DNA from: Podarcis gaigeae
Lineage: Eukaryota
Strand: one strand, 5' to 3'
Assembly: GCA_964106915.2 (NCBI GenBank)
Contig: OZ066927.1
DNA length: 64,000 nucleotides
Shown here: one piece after another, positions 49,641 to 62,805 of the stretch
Numbering within the stretch: position 1 is the first letter of the stretch
How the letters are laid out: every line of letters begins with the position of its first letter
Position numbers and translations under genes: made by a program
Notes under the pieces: generated by a model
Told to the model about the DNA's origin: nothing
Database searches by the model: none
What the model saw: the letters and a program-made list of their open reading frames with translations, nothing else

Positions 49641-51371
49641 CCCCAAAATCAAGATGCCATTTTTCCTTTTTTTTAATTTGAAAAAAATATTAATTCTTAT
49701 ACAGGTATTTCCAAAAATGTGTAGATGTCCAGTATGGTCTGCTAAGAAGTATGCACACCCTTCATTTATACCCAGGAAGGAGATACATCTTCTAAAATGA
49801 TGCCTGATGCTAGAAAACACAAGGTGGAGGTCATGTGAAAACAAACCAAGTGAGCGTTATGCTTCCAAACAGCCCTTTTGACTCAGGCCCATATTAGTTG
49901 AATTAGCTGATCAATGAATTGATTCATTGACTAAATTTTCCATGATCCATTGATTAAGATTGTCCAACCAGGGGACTGTCTTACAGACTTTCTACCATGA
50001 CACAGAACACAGGTGGGGGAACCTGTGGCTCAGGAGCTACAAATGGTCCCAAGCTCATTTTATGTTGCCCCTAAATGCCTTCTGCAACTGGGGCCAGGAT
50101 AGTTGGTTAATTCAGTTTGTACCTCAGTTTGGAGCTTGTGTCTCTAAGCACAGTTTCATGTGTGAGACTTGAACTGACTTGTACATACACCGACTGGTTT
50201 GTCACACAGATGCAAGGCCCACATTGTCTGCATTTAGGGATAGGGGAGATGTTGGATTTACAGTAGTTCTCATTTAAAGGCAAACTTATCTCATTTTTCC
50301 TTTTCAAAACATTAAGCACAAGCTGAAACAGAGCTAGCCTTCAGAAATCGCAAATCTATGGCTGTTGCAATGGACTTCTCCAGCAAGGCAACATGTACAA
50401 AAATGCACACACTTGGTTAATGTATGCATGAAAATGATTATATTATTACAAATAACATATAAAAATTATATTAGGGAAAATGGCATACAAAAATGTGTGT
50501 ATTAGGGGAAATCCACACTAAAATGCTGATGAATTTTCTTGGGGACTTAAAATTCTTTTTTGCATACTGATGTAGAAATGTGGAGAAGTGAAATTGAGAC
50601 AGAAAAGAATGAGAAACTAAAAGAAACTGAAATTGACAGATTTGACGGTTCCTCCCTAGAATGCAACTTCAGTTTCATTTGCATCTTCTGTCCTCCTGCA
50701 AAACAAACACACCCCACAAGTGCTGCAAGCAAAGTTGTAAGACACATTAGTATCTCACATGAAAAGGGTCTACAGTCCTCCCTTGTGCTTGAAGAATGCA
50801 CCTCTTTGTCAGGCAGAAACTGGGCACATGTTATTATTGTATTAAGCCAGCCTGATAAAAGCTATCATATAATCTACACCACCCACCTAGCAGGAAAACA
50901 TGGAAAAATGCAGCAACACTTTAAAGAAACAATTACCACCATGCACACACTCTTGATATGAAAGGAGACAAAGTTTGAATTTGAGAAGCAGAAACCTCCC
51001 CAAAACAAAGTATGTCACAGGTACAGCTCACCTGGGAAAGATCACAGTGCCCAGAGGTTTTAACTGGAGTCATAAATTGCATTAACAAACATACATCATT
51101 AGACAACTCTGATGGGATACTGAAACATGAGATATATTTAATAGGCTGCAATCCTATATCCACTTACTTGGGAGTAGGAATGTCAGAGAATTCCGACAAC
51201 AAACAGAAACGGGAGCAGAAATGGCTGATGTTTGCTTATTTGTCCCATATCCAGAATGGAAATAAATCCAGTGAATATTATATTGTCTTTGCTTTCAGTC
51301 CACAAATGATACATGACATTCCCATTGCATTTCCATTGCACTGAAATGAATGGGGGTGGAATCACATAATG

Positions 51372-51504
51372 TAAGGTTACCAGATTTTTTTCAATGAATC
51401 CAGGGACACTTTTCAACTTCAGTAGGAATGATAGGATTCTGTCAGGGGACTGATTTGTGAATCCAGGGACTGTCCTCGGGAAACGGGGACATCTGGTAAC
51501 CTTA
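51372..51504. mobile_element. Non-autonomous hAT-like MITE
   Basis: Perfect 13-bp TIR TAAGGTTACCAGA...TCTGGTAACCTTA with internal GGGAC repeats; no clear TSD. Confidence 0.65.
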
Positions 51505-51719
51505 TTAATGACAATATGATTTGCACAATTTACATGAATTACATAATTTTGCCACAGCTGACAGCAATGGTGTAGTTTTGGGTGGAAGATGAACTGCAGT
51601 GGATCAGAAACAGTGCTGCATGTGAGAGATAACAGTTCCTCTTTACATCCCCACCTGGCCCACTGAAGTCATTGAGACTTTCTTCTGAATAGACATGTAT
51701 AGGATTTTGCTGTAAGGCA

Positions 51720-52262
51720 GTGATAGCCACCAACTTAGATGACTTTAAAAGAGGATTAGACAAATTTATGGAAGAGGTTATCAATGGCTGCTAGCTGAGA
51801 TGGTTATGCTCTGCCTCTACAGACAGAGACAGTAATGCTTCTGAATATCAGTTGCTGGAAATCACAGGAGTGGAGAGGGTTCTTGTGTTCGGGTCTGGCA
51901 TGCCAGTTGTGTACAGTGGTACCTCTGGTTAAGTACTTAATTCGTTCTGGAGGTCCGTTCTTAACCTGAAAATGTTTTTAACCTGAAGCACCACTTTAGC
52001 TAATGGGGCCTCCTGCTGCTGCTGTGCAGCTGCTGCTGCACAATTTCTGTTCTCATCCTGAAGCAAAGTTCTTAACCCGAGGTACAATTTCTGGGTTAGC
52101 GGAGTCTGTAACCTGAAGCATATGTAACCTGAAGCATATGTAACCTGAAGCGTATGTAACCTGAGGTACCACTGTACAAGCATTTGGTTGGCTCTGTGAG
52201 AGCAGGATGCTGGACAAGATAGGTCATTGGCCTAATCCAGTAGCCTTTCCTTGCATTCTTAC
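51720..52262 (+). mobile_element. CR1 LINE 3' end split by a MITE
   Basis: TTAGATGACTTTAAAAGAGGATTAGACAAATTTATGG (end of ORF2, FKRGLDKFM) plus a 3' UTR that resumes after 52176 (TGTGAGAGCAGGATGCTGGAC...TTCTTA). Confidence 0.75.
51914..52174 (-). mobile_element. Same Tc1/mariner MITE family, nested in a CR1 3' fragment
   Basis: TA-CAGTGGTACCTC...GAGGTACCACTG-TA; reverse orientation of the 43726 copy. Confidence 0.9.
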
Positions 52263-53034
52263 TTGCAACTCTAAAGTTGACTCTGACCAGTTGACTGAAG
52301 ATTTAAAAGTTGAAGCATTAGTATAAATATTTCACCTAGTTTTAACTTAGGCCCATATACTGCAGGCGTCTTTTCCTCCTTGGGGTGGAACACACCAGGT
52401 TGGGTGGGCGACATTCCGAATGGGGAAAAATACTCAGAAAGGTTGAAGAAGTCTCTTTCTCCCTACACAGAACGTCTCCTCCAGATTGCAACCTATTTAT
52501 GCAGCTGCTTTAGGTTAAAAAAGGCATATAAATATGCCTTTTTTAACCTAAAGCAGCATGACTGAGTGTCATGAGTATCACACATTGATTGGTTCTAAGG
52601 ACTGTTTAGCAAATTATGGGGAGCAAACCTGCATTTGCTATTGAGGGGTAAACTAGATTCAGGCTTTGGAGATTTGGGATCAGGTTTCATATCTCTAAAC
52701 TGGATTGGGATCACCATGTTGCAGGAAGGGTTAAACCGTCTCCCTTCCATTTTCTCCAGTGTATTCTATTACTTGACTCACCTGACTCAGGCTGTAATGA
52801 GTCTTATTGGGGAGAAACATATGGGTTTATAGATTTGTTCCCTAACAGTGCAAAGTAGCAGGTTTGTGGGGTGTGCTAGCAAAGGGTGATTTGCACTGAG
52901 TTAACCCTTGCATTGGGTTAACCATTGCTTTGCAAGTGCCTATTCAGTCCCAATACAATTTGCTCTTTGCTCAACTGCTTCTAAAGGGAATTTAAATAGA
53001 TGGAATATATAATAATGGTTCTCCATGATCATCT

Positions 53035-53142
53035 AGATTGGCACTGTACCAGTGAAGTCTGGGTTTCTGACAAGTATATCTATATGAAACCAGATTGGCA
53101 CTGTACCAGTGAAGTCTGGGTTTCTGACAAGTATATCTATAT
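53035..53142. repeat. Perfect 51-bp tandem duplication with 6-bp spacer
   Basis: AGATTGGCACTGTACCAGTGAAGTCTGGGTTTCTGACAAGTATATCTATAT at 53035-53085 and 53092-53142; spacer GAAACC. Confidence 0.95.
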
Positions 53143-53285
53143 TTGTCACATCTGAATGCCACATTTTAAGGAACCACATTTAAAATAATCTTAAGTGTAC
53201 ACCTTAAATGTGCAATAAGTGAAGAAGCCCTAAATTAAGCATGAACAATGTCAGAAATACATACTGGATATCAAACACTAGTGAG

Positions 53286-53335
<50 letters not shown>

Positions 53336-53517
53336 GCCCATGTTGCAGTTTTCTGATCTGTTCCACCCATCCACAGCCAGGCTCCCCAAGTGAATAAAAG
53401 ATTTCTTCAAAATCAACACTACATGGGAGCCACAAGAACAAGTTTTCCTTTGTTGTGAATGCTATAGCATTATTTGCTGTAGGTTTTTTTTTTTTTAAAA
53501 AAAATATACATTCTAAA

Positions 53518-53666
53518 NNNNNNNNNNNNNNNNNNNNNNNNNNNNNNNNNNNNNNNNNNNNNNNNNNNNNNNNNNNNNNNNNNNNNNNNNNNNNNNNNNN
53601 NNNNNNNNNNNNNNNNNNNNNNNNNNNNNNNNNNNNNNNNNNNNNNNNNNNNNNNNNNNNNNNNNN
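53518..53666. other. Assembly gap (N run)
   Basis: 149 N. Confidence 1.
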
Positions 53667-54040
53667 AAAGGATAATGGAGCAGTATTTTTAAAGATGACC
53701 ACCACAAATTGCACAGAGTGTGTTTAAAAGTATAACACCCCCTTCTCAAACACATACATTGTTTCAAAACCATCTAAGCTAACAAATTTAGCATAGCTCT
53801 TGCAATGCTATGCTAAAATTAGCAAAAGATCAAGATAGGAGGGCCCGGTTATATTTAGGAAGTTCGTTTACTTGTAACAAATAAGCTGAGGATCAGAGTA
53901 CCTGGAATAAATGGACCAAGATGTGGTTCTGTTTTGGCTGGACTAAGCACATTAGTGTACATGCTGTAGGCAGATGAATGTGTATAGAGCTACATGAGGC
54001 ATCCCCCAGATGTAGTTGGACTGCAACTCTCATAATCCCC

Positions 54041-54206
54041 AAGTCAGACAATTGGTCCATCTAGCTCCAGTACTGTCTACACGGACTGGCAGGGGCTCTC
54101 CAGGGTTTCAGGCAAGGGACACTCGCAGCCCTACTGGGAGATGCCAGAGATTGAACCTTGGACCTTCTGCATGCAAAGGAGATGCTCTGCCACTGAACTA
54201 GGGTCC
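54041..54206 (-). mobile_element. Squam2-like SINE
   Basis: TCAGACAATTGGTCCATCTAGCTC...CTCCAGGGTTTCAGGC...GATTGAACCTTGGACCTTCTGCATGCAAAG...CCACTGAACTA. Confidence 0.7.
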
Positions 54207-55152
54207 TTTGTCCATCTATTACATCTTTGGAAATTCCTCTACATTCTCACAGGAAATTGTTTTCATGACATGAAACAGCAATTCTAACTTGCAAAGGGCG
54301 AAGGGACTGTGTAGGAATTAGCCAGGAATATTGAACAATTGCAAGCATTATCATATGAAGGTGTTATTGAATACTCCTGGGTCTCTCTCTCTCCCCCCCA
54401 TTTCGGTAAAAGGATGTAGAAAGTCCTCATATTTCTCTCTCTCTCTCTCTCTCTGCTGTAGCAAAGCCGTAGAAAATTATCAGCAAGAAATGAAAGCTGT
54501 CTCTTCCATCTTTGGTTTAATTAACACAGGTATTCCAATTGAACTCCATTTATCAAGCGATCATGGATTAAACAGTAACTCAGGGCTGACAATGAAAATG
54601 TTACCAGGAGGGCGGTGAAGAATAGATTGAAGAAAACCAAGTGAGTGACTTTGCCATTGTGGGCAAGAACGAGCTTGTGTAAATATTAGCTAGGAAACAT
54701 GGTTCTTTTATTCAGATGGAGGGATGGTTTTGTTTTTGCAGCCCGGAAAAGTTGGTTTGCCAGTCGATGCATCTATTCATTAACACTATGAATTGTGACT
54801 GGTTTTGTTTTTTTAAACCCACCAATCTTTTTAATATACCAGTTTCTCAGCTAAAACCCATAGACTTTTTAGTGGAGTTCCTGAATAGGAAAAGGCAACA
54901 ATGCTTTGGAGGCATAGAGGGGAGAAGATTGCTCTTGTGCTCAGCTCCTGGCTTGTGAGTTTCCTACAGGCTTCTGGTTGGCTACTATGACAACAGGTTG
55001 TTGAGCTGGGCTCAAAGTCTAGTAAATGGCACAGCCTGAATTTACTGCTATGTGACTGAATTCCACCCAAATATATTGGCAGCCTGGAAGCATCCTTCAT
55101 CCTTTTGGGTTCTTCCCCTTCCCTAAAGGCATTTTGCACACCTGCACATTTT

Positions 55153-55402
55153 GAGGTGTGGTGTAGTGGTTAAGAGCGAGACTCGTAATCTGGGGAACCG
55201 GGTTTGTGTCTCCGCTCCTCCACATGCAGCTGCTGGGTGACCTTGGGCTAGTCACACTTCTCTGAAGTCTCTCAGCCCCACTCACCTCACAGAGTGTTTG
55301 TTGTGGGGGAGGAAGGGAAAGGAGAATGTTAGCCGCTTTGAGACTCCTTCGGATAGCGATAAAGCGGGATATCAAATCCAAACTCCTCTTCTTCTCTTCT
55401 TC
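55153..55402 (+). mobile_element. tRNA/CORE-type SINE with CTT-rich tail (Squam3-like)
   Basis: A box TGGTGTAGTGGTTAAGAGC, CORE-like GGGTGACCTTGGGCTAGTCAC, body ending AAAGCGGGATATCAAATCCAAAC followed by CTT repeats. Confidence 0.75.
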
Positions 55403-56331
55403 TCCTCAGCCTGTTGTTACCTCCCTCTTACAAGAGGGATATTATAAGGCATCATTTTCCTTCCACCTGGTATATGTCACATGTAGCAGTGTTTCCATTC
55501 TGCTGCATTTCATCTTACACTAAAAACAATGTTGTTTTTCTTGTTGGCAAAATCCAGCCATAGGAACTAGTGAGATGAATAGCATATGTTTCAGCATAAG
55601 CTGAACTGTAGCAGAATGGAAAAGGCTCTGGTTGTGACAAACACAGGATGGGACAGAAATCATTGCCTCCTTACATCCCTTCTGGGCTTTAGGGAAGGCC
55701 TAAGCAGGCCACGTGTGGCCTGCAGACTGCTCACCTGTGAGCTAGACAAAGGAGCCCCCTAATAATGAGTAAAGGCATTTCAACAGCAACAACGTCAAAG
55801 TCAGTAGAAGGAATAAGACCAAAGAGCGTGTTGATGTTGATTGTTCCTCAGTTTACTGGGGTATCCCCTAAGCACACATTGCAGTAAAATAAACACCTGC
55901 CAGCCATATAGAGAAGCAAACCAAGCCTTTCCCTTTCTTCCTTCCAGTCGTCTTTTTATAAATATATATAAAGGAAACGGAATCTATAATTGTAGATGCT
56001 TATCTGCAACAGCTGTCTCTGAAGGAAAACACTAGAAAAATGGCTGCTGGGATGATGTCGCCGGTGCAGTAGGACACTTAAGGGCCAAAAATGTGTTCTT
56101 GATATTTTTTTTTTTTAAAAAAGCAGCAACATAACATACTCCCCCCTCTGCCCAAATGCATTCCCTGCTCTGAATTACCTGAGCTCACTCATATCTCCTT
56201 CAGGAGGCATATCTGCTGAGCACAACAGCCTTAGGAGGGCACCTAGCCCTGGAGTTATAATTAGTGAGGCTTGCTCATAATGGCTTCAGAGGGTAGGGGA
56301 GCAGTGGTGCAGACCAGGCCTGGGGGCTCTC

Positions 56332-56332
<1 letters not shown>

Positions 56333-56408
<76 letters not shown>
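56333..56408. repeat. (CTTT)n microsatellite
   Basis: Visible directly in the sequence. Confidence 0.95.
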
Positions 56409-56519
56409 CATTCATTGCCTTGACGGGGGGGGGGAGACATTGTGTATAGGAGCTTTGTGACATGTGATGCTACTACCTCTCATACCAGTCAAATTGGAGT
56501 AGGAGGGTCTGAAAGGAAC

Positions 56520-56572
<53 letters not shown>

Positions 56573-57166
56573 TGATACCTTGGATCACTGACCATTTACC
56601 AACTGATAGGGGTGGGGAACAGAAATGCAGATTCATACATGATGGAGGCCAGAGCTGGGGAAGCTTTTCAGTCTGAGGGCCATACTGCTTTCTGAGCAAC
56701 CTTCCAGGGGCCACACATGCCAGTGGTTGGCGGGGCTAGAGGCAAAGGGAGGCAGAGCAATTAATGCAAAATTTGAACAGTAGGATACAGTAGATCCCTT
56801 CTGTATCCTTCATCCAGGAAGCACAAGGCATTTACTCCAATTCAAGGACACATTCCAGAAACAGGGCCAGTAGGAGGTGTAGTCTAGGAGAGTGCTGAGG
56901 GCCCGGTAGAGAGGCTTGTTGAAAGATGCTGCACCAGAGCATTGTGGGAAATTTAAATTGGCGACTTGCCTTTGCCAACTGTGGCTCTGTCACATGTGAC
57001 CTACTGGTATTGGAAGGAGTCAACTAGAGGGCATGTTGTTTAGGGCCCTCTCAAGCCTTGAAGGGTTGGGTTCAGGATAGCCCTGTCTCCTACTTTACAG
57101 AGGACAGACCTCTGTTTGAATGAGTCCTCTATTTAAAGGGCTGTCTGGTCTAAAACTAGCTTAAAG

Positions 57167-57510
57167 CATACCCTCCAACATTTCTCCAATGAAAATAGGG
57201 ATGTCCCATTCCATAATGATAATTTTACTATTTATACCCCACACATCTCATTGGGCTGCCCCAGCACTCTGGGTAGCTTCCAACATATATAAAAACATAA
57301 TAAAATGTTAAATATTAAAAAAAAATCCCTATACAGGATTGCCTTCAGACAGTTCAGGGGTTGGATAACGTCATACTCTCCAACATTTCTCCAATGAAAA
57401 TAGGAACATCCTAAGGAAAAGCGGGACATTCTAGGATCCAGTCAGAAACTGGGACAGCTTCTCTAAATCAGGGACATCCCTGGAAAACAGGGACACTTGG
57501 AGGGTTTGGC
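57167..57510. mobile_element. hAT-like MITE with duplicated 5' end and captured L2 3' piece
   Basis: CATAC(C/T)CTCCAACATTTCTCCAATGAAAATAGG occurs at 57167 and 57372, flanking an L2-tail-like stretch similar to 49215-49320; ends TTGGAGGGTTTG. Confidence 0.55.
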
Positions 57511-58224
57511 TTAAAGGCAAAGAGCTATAAGAAGGGAGGGCAGACACCGCTCCCCGTCAACAGAAAGCTTCAGGCCCTCAAACTGAACAAGTGCACCATC
57601 ATGTTGCTGCAGTATTCCCCACTAGGGTGAGATACGCTGCAGCTTTCAGTAGATAGCAATTATTTCTATTTTTGCATCTATTACTATACATATGTAAATT
57701 GTATGCAAATATGTGTGCTTTATTCAGTCCTCTCTTTTTTGGGGGGGAGGGGCATTGCATTTCCTCTTCTTATGGCAACCCTTAGTGGTCCCTCTAGTTG
57801 CCCTACAAGGCTTGAGTGGTGTGTGGAAGAGGAGAGAGGGAAGGAGAATCTAGGGGACTTCCAGGAGAATAGTGGTGGGGACAACTTGGTCTCTGTGAGA
57901 CCATGCCCATAACTTGGACCTTCTCATATCAGGAACATTCAAATTGATTCCCCCCCCCTTTAAAATCTTGTTTTTAATTAAAAAAATAATTACGTTGATG
58001 CATGTGTTTTAATCAATGCTGTGAGCTGCCTTGGGACCTGCCCTTGTGAGAAAGGTGGGATCTAAAATAAGTATATAATATTCTGCATGCAAAGCACCTG
58101 CTCTTCCACTGAGATACAGCCTTTGATTCATGGAGGAGAGGCTACAAAATAAGCTACTGAGAGGCTACCTTCAGGTTCAGAGGCCTCTGAATGCCTTTTG
58201 CTAGGGAGCAACAATAGGAGGTGA

Positions 58225-58402
58225 TTCAGTGATAGAGCACCTCATTTGGCCCCACGTTCAACCTCCTGCACGTCCCAGGTAGGCCTGGGAAAGGTTCTCT
58301 GCCTGAATGAATCCCTGGAGAGCTCTTGCTAGTCAGTGTGGACAATACTGAACTAGATGGATCAATGGTCTGATTCTGTATAAAGCAGCTTCCTATGTTC
58401 CA
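58225..58402 (+). mobile_element. Squam2-like SINE
   Basis: TTCAGTGATAGAGCA...CCCTGGAGAGC...AGTCAGTGTGGACAATACTGAACTAGATGG...GCAGCTTCCTATGTTCC. Confidence 0.7.
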
Positions 58403-58447
58403 ATGATTTGAAGCAGTATATGGCTGGCCACAGTGGAAAAGAAGATA

Positions 58448-58689
58448 CAGTGGTACCTCGGGTTAAGTACTTAATTCGTTCCAGAGGTCCGTTCTTAACC
58501 TGAAACTGTTCTTAACCTGAAGCACCATTTTAGCTAATGGGGCCTCCTGCTGCCGCCGCGCCACCAGTGCACGATTTCTGTTCTCATCCTGAAGCAAAGT
58601 TCTTAACTTTAGGTACTATTTCTGGGTTAGCGGAGTCTATAACCTGAAGCGTCTGTAACCTGAAGGGTATGTAACCCGAGGTACCACTG
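58448..58689 (-). mobile_element. Same Tc1/mariner MITE family
   Basis: TA-CAGTGGTACCTC...GAGGTACCACTG-TA; colinear with the 51914 copy. Confidence 0.9.
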
Positions 58690-60270
58690 TACTGGATTAG
58701 ATTGACTTCACAAAGTTCAAGAGGGAAAACACAAGGGTCAAACTATTTGAGTGAATCTTCAGAATTTTTCTTTTTTTGGGTGGAGAGTGGACAGGGAGTG
58801 GCAGGAATGAGAGAACATTCCCATAAACATTGTTTTCCTTGGAAACCGTGCAGTTTGATATGAAATCCAAACCTGATAAAATCCCAGTCAATATTAGCAA
58901 TGCTAATGACATGTCCCCTCATTCCTATTTTCAAATGTTGGATTTCATCTATACATAGTTAAAAGCTAGTAGCCAAACAAAGAAAAAGTGGGGGTGGGGT
59001 GGGTGGGTAAGCACTGGGGAATCGAAGCCCATTTGAAAGAGAGACAGACAGACATACAGACACACAGAGAGAGAGAGGAGAGAGAGAGAGAAGGGTGTGG
59101 GGGGGGAAATCTACATTTTAATGAAAATATTTTCAAGCCATTTCAAATAAGAGTCCAAGAGAAATAATTACAAAAGTTTGGAAAGAAAGAGCATTAGCTT
59201 TGATAGCTTTCTCCTCTGTGAAGCAATTAAAACGAGCCATTTTTCAAATACTAAGCAGAAAATTACTAATGGACGGACTCAGAAAAGCTTTCATTTCAAT
59301 CTCATGTCCTTTATTCTTCTAAAAAAAGAAAGAGGGGGGAATAAGGTGGTTTTCAGATAGATTGCTACATAAAGGAGTCACTCGCTCGATGTCATAAAAA
59401 CTATGGCAGCGTAGAATGACGGAGATTAACATCCAGATTTAAATCACGCAACAGTCCAGTTAATAGCGACATCTAATTAAAGAATGCATTATAAGTCTGT
59501 AATGTTGATTTGATAGAGAAAACCTCAACTTCAGAGTTTTCCATTGTAATGTACTGTTCATATAGCAGCAGATGTCCAAGTAAGACGATTCAGTTCCTCA
59601 TTCCTACCACACTTATCAATTTCCTGGGCTACCTTTAGTAAAAAAGGAAGGCACCGAGTGAGACCCAGGGACAATCCAGGCAAAGCCTTGGTTCTTAAAC
59701 CAGTGTCTTGAATCTATTTGGTCGGAATGGTTGCTGTGCTATTTGGCTAATTCTGCCTAAGGCCTTGAGAAGCAGGGAATGGTTATTTATCTTGGAGACA
59801 TCCAAAATACAGCCTGCTAATCTCATGGATCAGTTTGTATGGATAGATAACAGGTGTAGCATACGCTTCAACTGTCCTGCTTTGAATGGGACATCCTAGG
59901 ACATCCTAGAATTACAGAAGACATTCCAGCTTCTGTCTGGATCCTGGGATGTCCTGTTTTGACTCCTGTGGATGCACATTTTGTGGTCTTGTGCGCTTGC
60001 ATGAGTCTTGTGACGTGCATGGGAGCATGACCACAAAGGATAAACATCCAAATTTTCCTCTGCCGCAAGTTGGAGAATATGGTGTGGTGATAGCTTACAA
60101 CTGTTGGGGTTTGGTTTGCCCCAGGGGTTCATAGCAGTTGGAAAAGTGCTCATCTGGGTCTTGGGTCAGGCTGAATCCTTAAACAGGCTGGCTGAACTAA
60201 GGTCCATTTTATTTATTTATTTTGTCACTAATGATGACATCACAGAACGCTTCATCCATCATATCGGCTT

Positions 60271-60405
60271 CACTTTGCTGAAGCTAAGGTTACTTTGGGT
60301 CTCAAGTCTCCATGGATGGGAGACTACCTAAGGACCTCTCCCGTGTATACCACTTTGAGGTCACAGAATCATAGAACTGTAGAGGTCTGATGAACAAAAA
60401 TGGGA
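60271..60405 (+). mobile_element. Degenerate 5S rRNA-like fragment (SINE3-type) with a small CR1-tail insert
   Basis: TTGCTGAAGCTAAGGTT...TGGATGGGAGACTACCTAAGGA, colinear with the 38041 copy. CACAGAATCATAGAACTGTAGAG at ~60362-60384 is a reversed CR1 tail. Confidence 0.5.
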
Positions 60406-60570
60406 TAGGAACATAGGATCACACAAAATTGCTTTATAATAAGTTAGAACATTGTTCCATCAGCAATACCGACTGATAGCAGCTCTCCAGGGTTTCAGGA
60501 ACAGGGACTCTCCCAGCTCTACTTGGGGATACTTGGGATTAAACCTGGGACCTTCTGTATGCTATGGTCC
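60406..60570 (-). mobile_element. Squam2-like SINE
   Basis: TAGGAACATAGG tail...CTCTCCAGGGTTTCAGG...GGGATTAAACCTGGGACCTTCTGTATGC. Confidence 0.65.
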
Positions 60571-62369
60571 TTGTTGCAGTAGAAAGCGGCCTTCTACTGT
60601 GTGAGACCATTGGCTGATCTAGAATAGTATAGAGGAAAAGCCACCTATTAGGCATGATGTTCAAAGCACTGAATCAAAGCATGCCACTTTGCATGCTACT
60701 GAATACTGGGGATTGGAGAAAGGCAACGAGGGATGTCGTTGGACCACAACTCCAATCAGACACAGCCAGCCTGGCCAGTGGTCAAGGAGGGTGGGTGCTT
60801 TCTTTCAGCATCATATGGAGGGTAGCCCCCTTGGTCACCCTTGTACAAAGTAGTATCTGACTGGTCATTGTCTGAATCAGAAGGCTGTTCTGGATTGACT
60901 TTGCAGCAAGAATGTTTTGTGTTTTTATTGAATCAGAGCTTCTTCTTCTCTCATTAAGAACTATTTGGTCAGCTATTTAAACTGCATTGAACTGGAGTCT
61001 TCCTGTTCTTGGGCTGACTCCCATACTCCTCTGTGTGCCATCTGACTGAAAAGCATATAGAATAAGGCATGATAACTCAGTTCTATTCCAGACCCAGTGG
61101 CACCTCCCCAAATACAGTGACTGCTTGCAGATTCAATCCACATCTTTTCTCCATGAAGACTAGATCATTGTCTTTGCTTTTGAAGGAAAGCAGATAATTC
61201 TACACCTTTACACCTTTGTGCGTGTGTAGAAAGGTAGCATGCACAACAGCAAACAGGGATTTGTAATTCCATTATTGATCTACCAAATCCCAGGGAGTGT
61301 GCTGCCAAAATCTAGGAAGTCTGAAACCTCCAAATAACACCAATGACCTTAGGAGGAACATGCCAGGAAGGCATTTTAGCATTGGCTAGAAGAGCATATT
61401 AAAATACAAGGCATTCGCTGTAGTAAAAACAGGGTACCTCATTCCAGCTGTCTATATATATTCCTTTCCAGCACTAAATCTGTCCAGGGACCTTTCAGAA
61501 ATACTGCATTAAGCCTCATGCCTTCGCTTAGTGAATAGAAATGTGAAAAGGATGGAGATAAAAATCAGAGGGACACACAATAGCGAATGTTCTATGATTT
61601 AATCACCATTACAGCTTAAAACAGCACAGTCGACATTCACCCTTGGTAAGTCAGGGATAAATCTCTGTCTATGGCTGCCTGGAAGAGTGACGGCATGGTA
61701 ACACCAGGTCCGTTGACAAAGCAGACCCCCAGAGGCGGTGCAAGGAAAGAGTTGAAGGGCACTGGAAGCTGCCTGTTTCAAGAACTGCTGTTTACTAGCA
61801 GAGAGCCCAGTCATTGCAGTGGCTGCTGTACAGGCCTGGTGTATCTGCCCAGAATCTTTGGCCAATTGCATCAGAATATCTTGGCTCCGTCGCCCACATG
61901 CAGTTGCCACAGGTGCACACACACAGAGGCACCCATCTTCCTGTTGAGCAGAGGGTGTCCATCATAGTGCTGGGCCAGACAGAGAGGTTTCTCTGGCCAG
62001 TGCAGCCTGTGCAACAGGCATCAAAAGTGCTTTGTCCCAGCTTGACTATGTATGCTAGTTGTTGAATGTTTGCTCTATCCCATTGACTGTCCTGCCCCTG
62101 GATCATCAAGTCAAAGGCTGGAAGGGCACAGAGGAAGACTTGGTGGGCTGCTTAGGCCTGTAATCTGGAAGTTCCCTGGCCCTGGTCTACCCTGATGGGT
62201 AGATGCTCCTCAGTGTTTTAGACAGGGGTCTTCCCATCCCTACATGGAGATGTTGAACCTGGAACTTACTGTATACAAAGCACACACTTTATAGACTGTT
62301 GGTTCATAGTTCACAATTGCTCATTGTTCATATAGCTCTATCAGCACGTAATGATTTAGATAGCGACAT

Positions 62370-62715
62370 AGGTAAAAGTAAAGGGACCCCTGACCATTAG
62401 GTTCAGTCGTGACCGACTCTGGGGTTGCAGCGCTCATCTCGCTTTATTGGCTGAGGGAGCCGGTGTTTGTCTGCAGACAGCTTCCGGGTCATGTGGCCAG
62501 CATGACTAAGCCACTTCTGGTGAACCAGAGCAGTGCATGGAAAGGCCATTTACCTTCCCGCCGGAGTGGTACCTATTTATCTACCTGCACTTTGACATGC
62601 TTTCAAACTACTAGGTTGGCAGGAGCAGGGACCGAACAACAGGAGCTCACCCTGTCGTGGGGATTCGAACCACGACCTTCTGATCAGCAAGCCCTAGGAT
62701 CTGTGGTTTAACCCA
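62370..62715 (-). mobile_element. Sauria/Squam1 SINE, slightly 5'-truncated
   Basis: Reverse complement of the 42468/47081 family (AGGTAAAAGTAAAGGGACCCCTGACC...TGTGGTTTAACCCA). Confidence 0.9.
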
Positions 62716-62805
62716 TATATATAGTGACCTAAGCAACAAGAAAAAGGCTTAAATTTTGGCAGTTGCAAGGGGAATTGGAAAGAAGGAAGGGGGAAAAAAG
62801 GGAGA

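Noticed and set aside
61599-62109. Cluster of overlapping ~100-aa ORFs
   Set aside because: No recognisable domain or splice structure; expected by chance in a moderately GC-rich patch.
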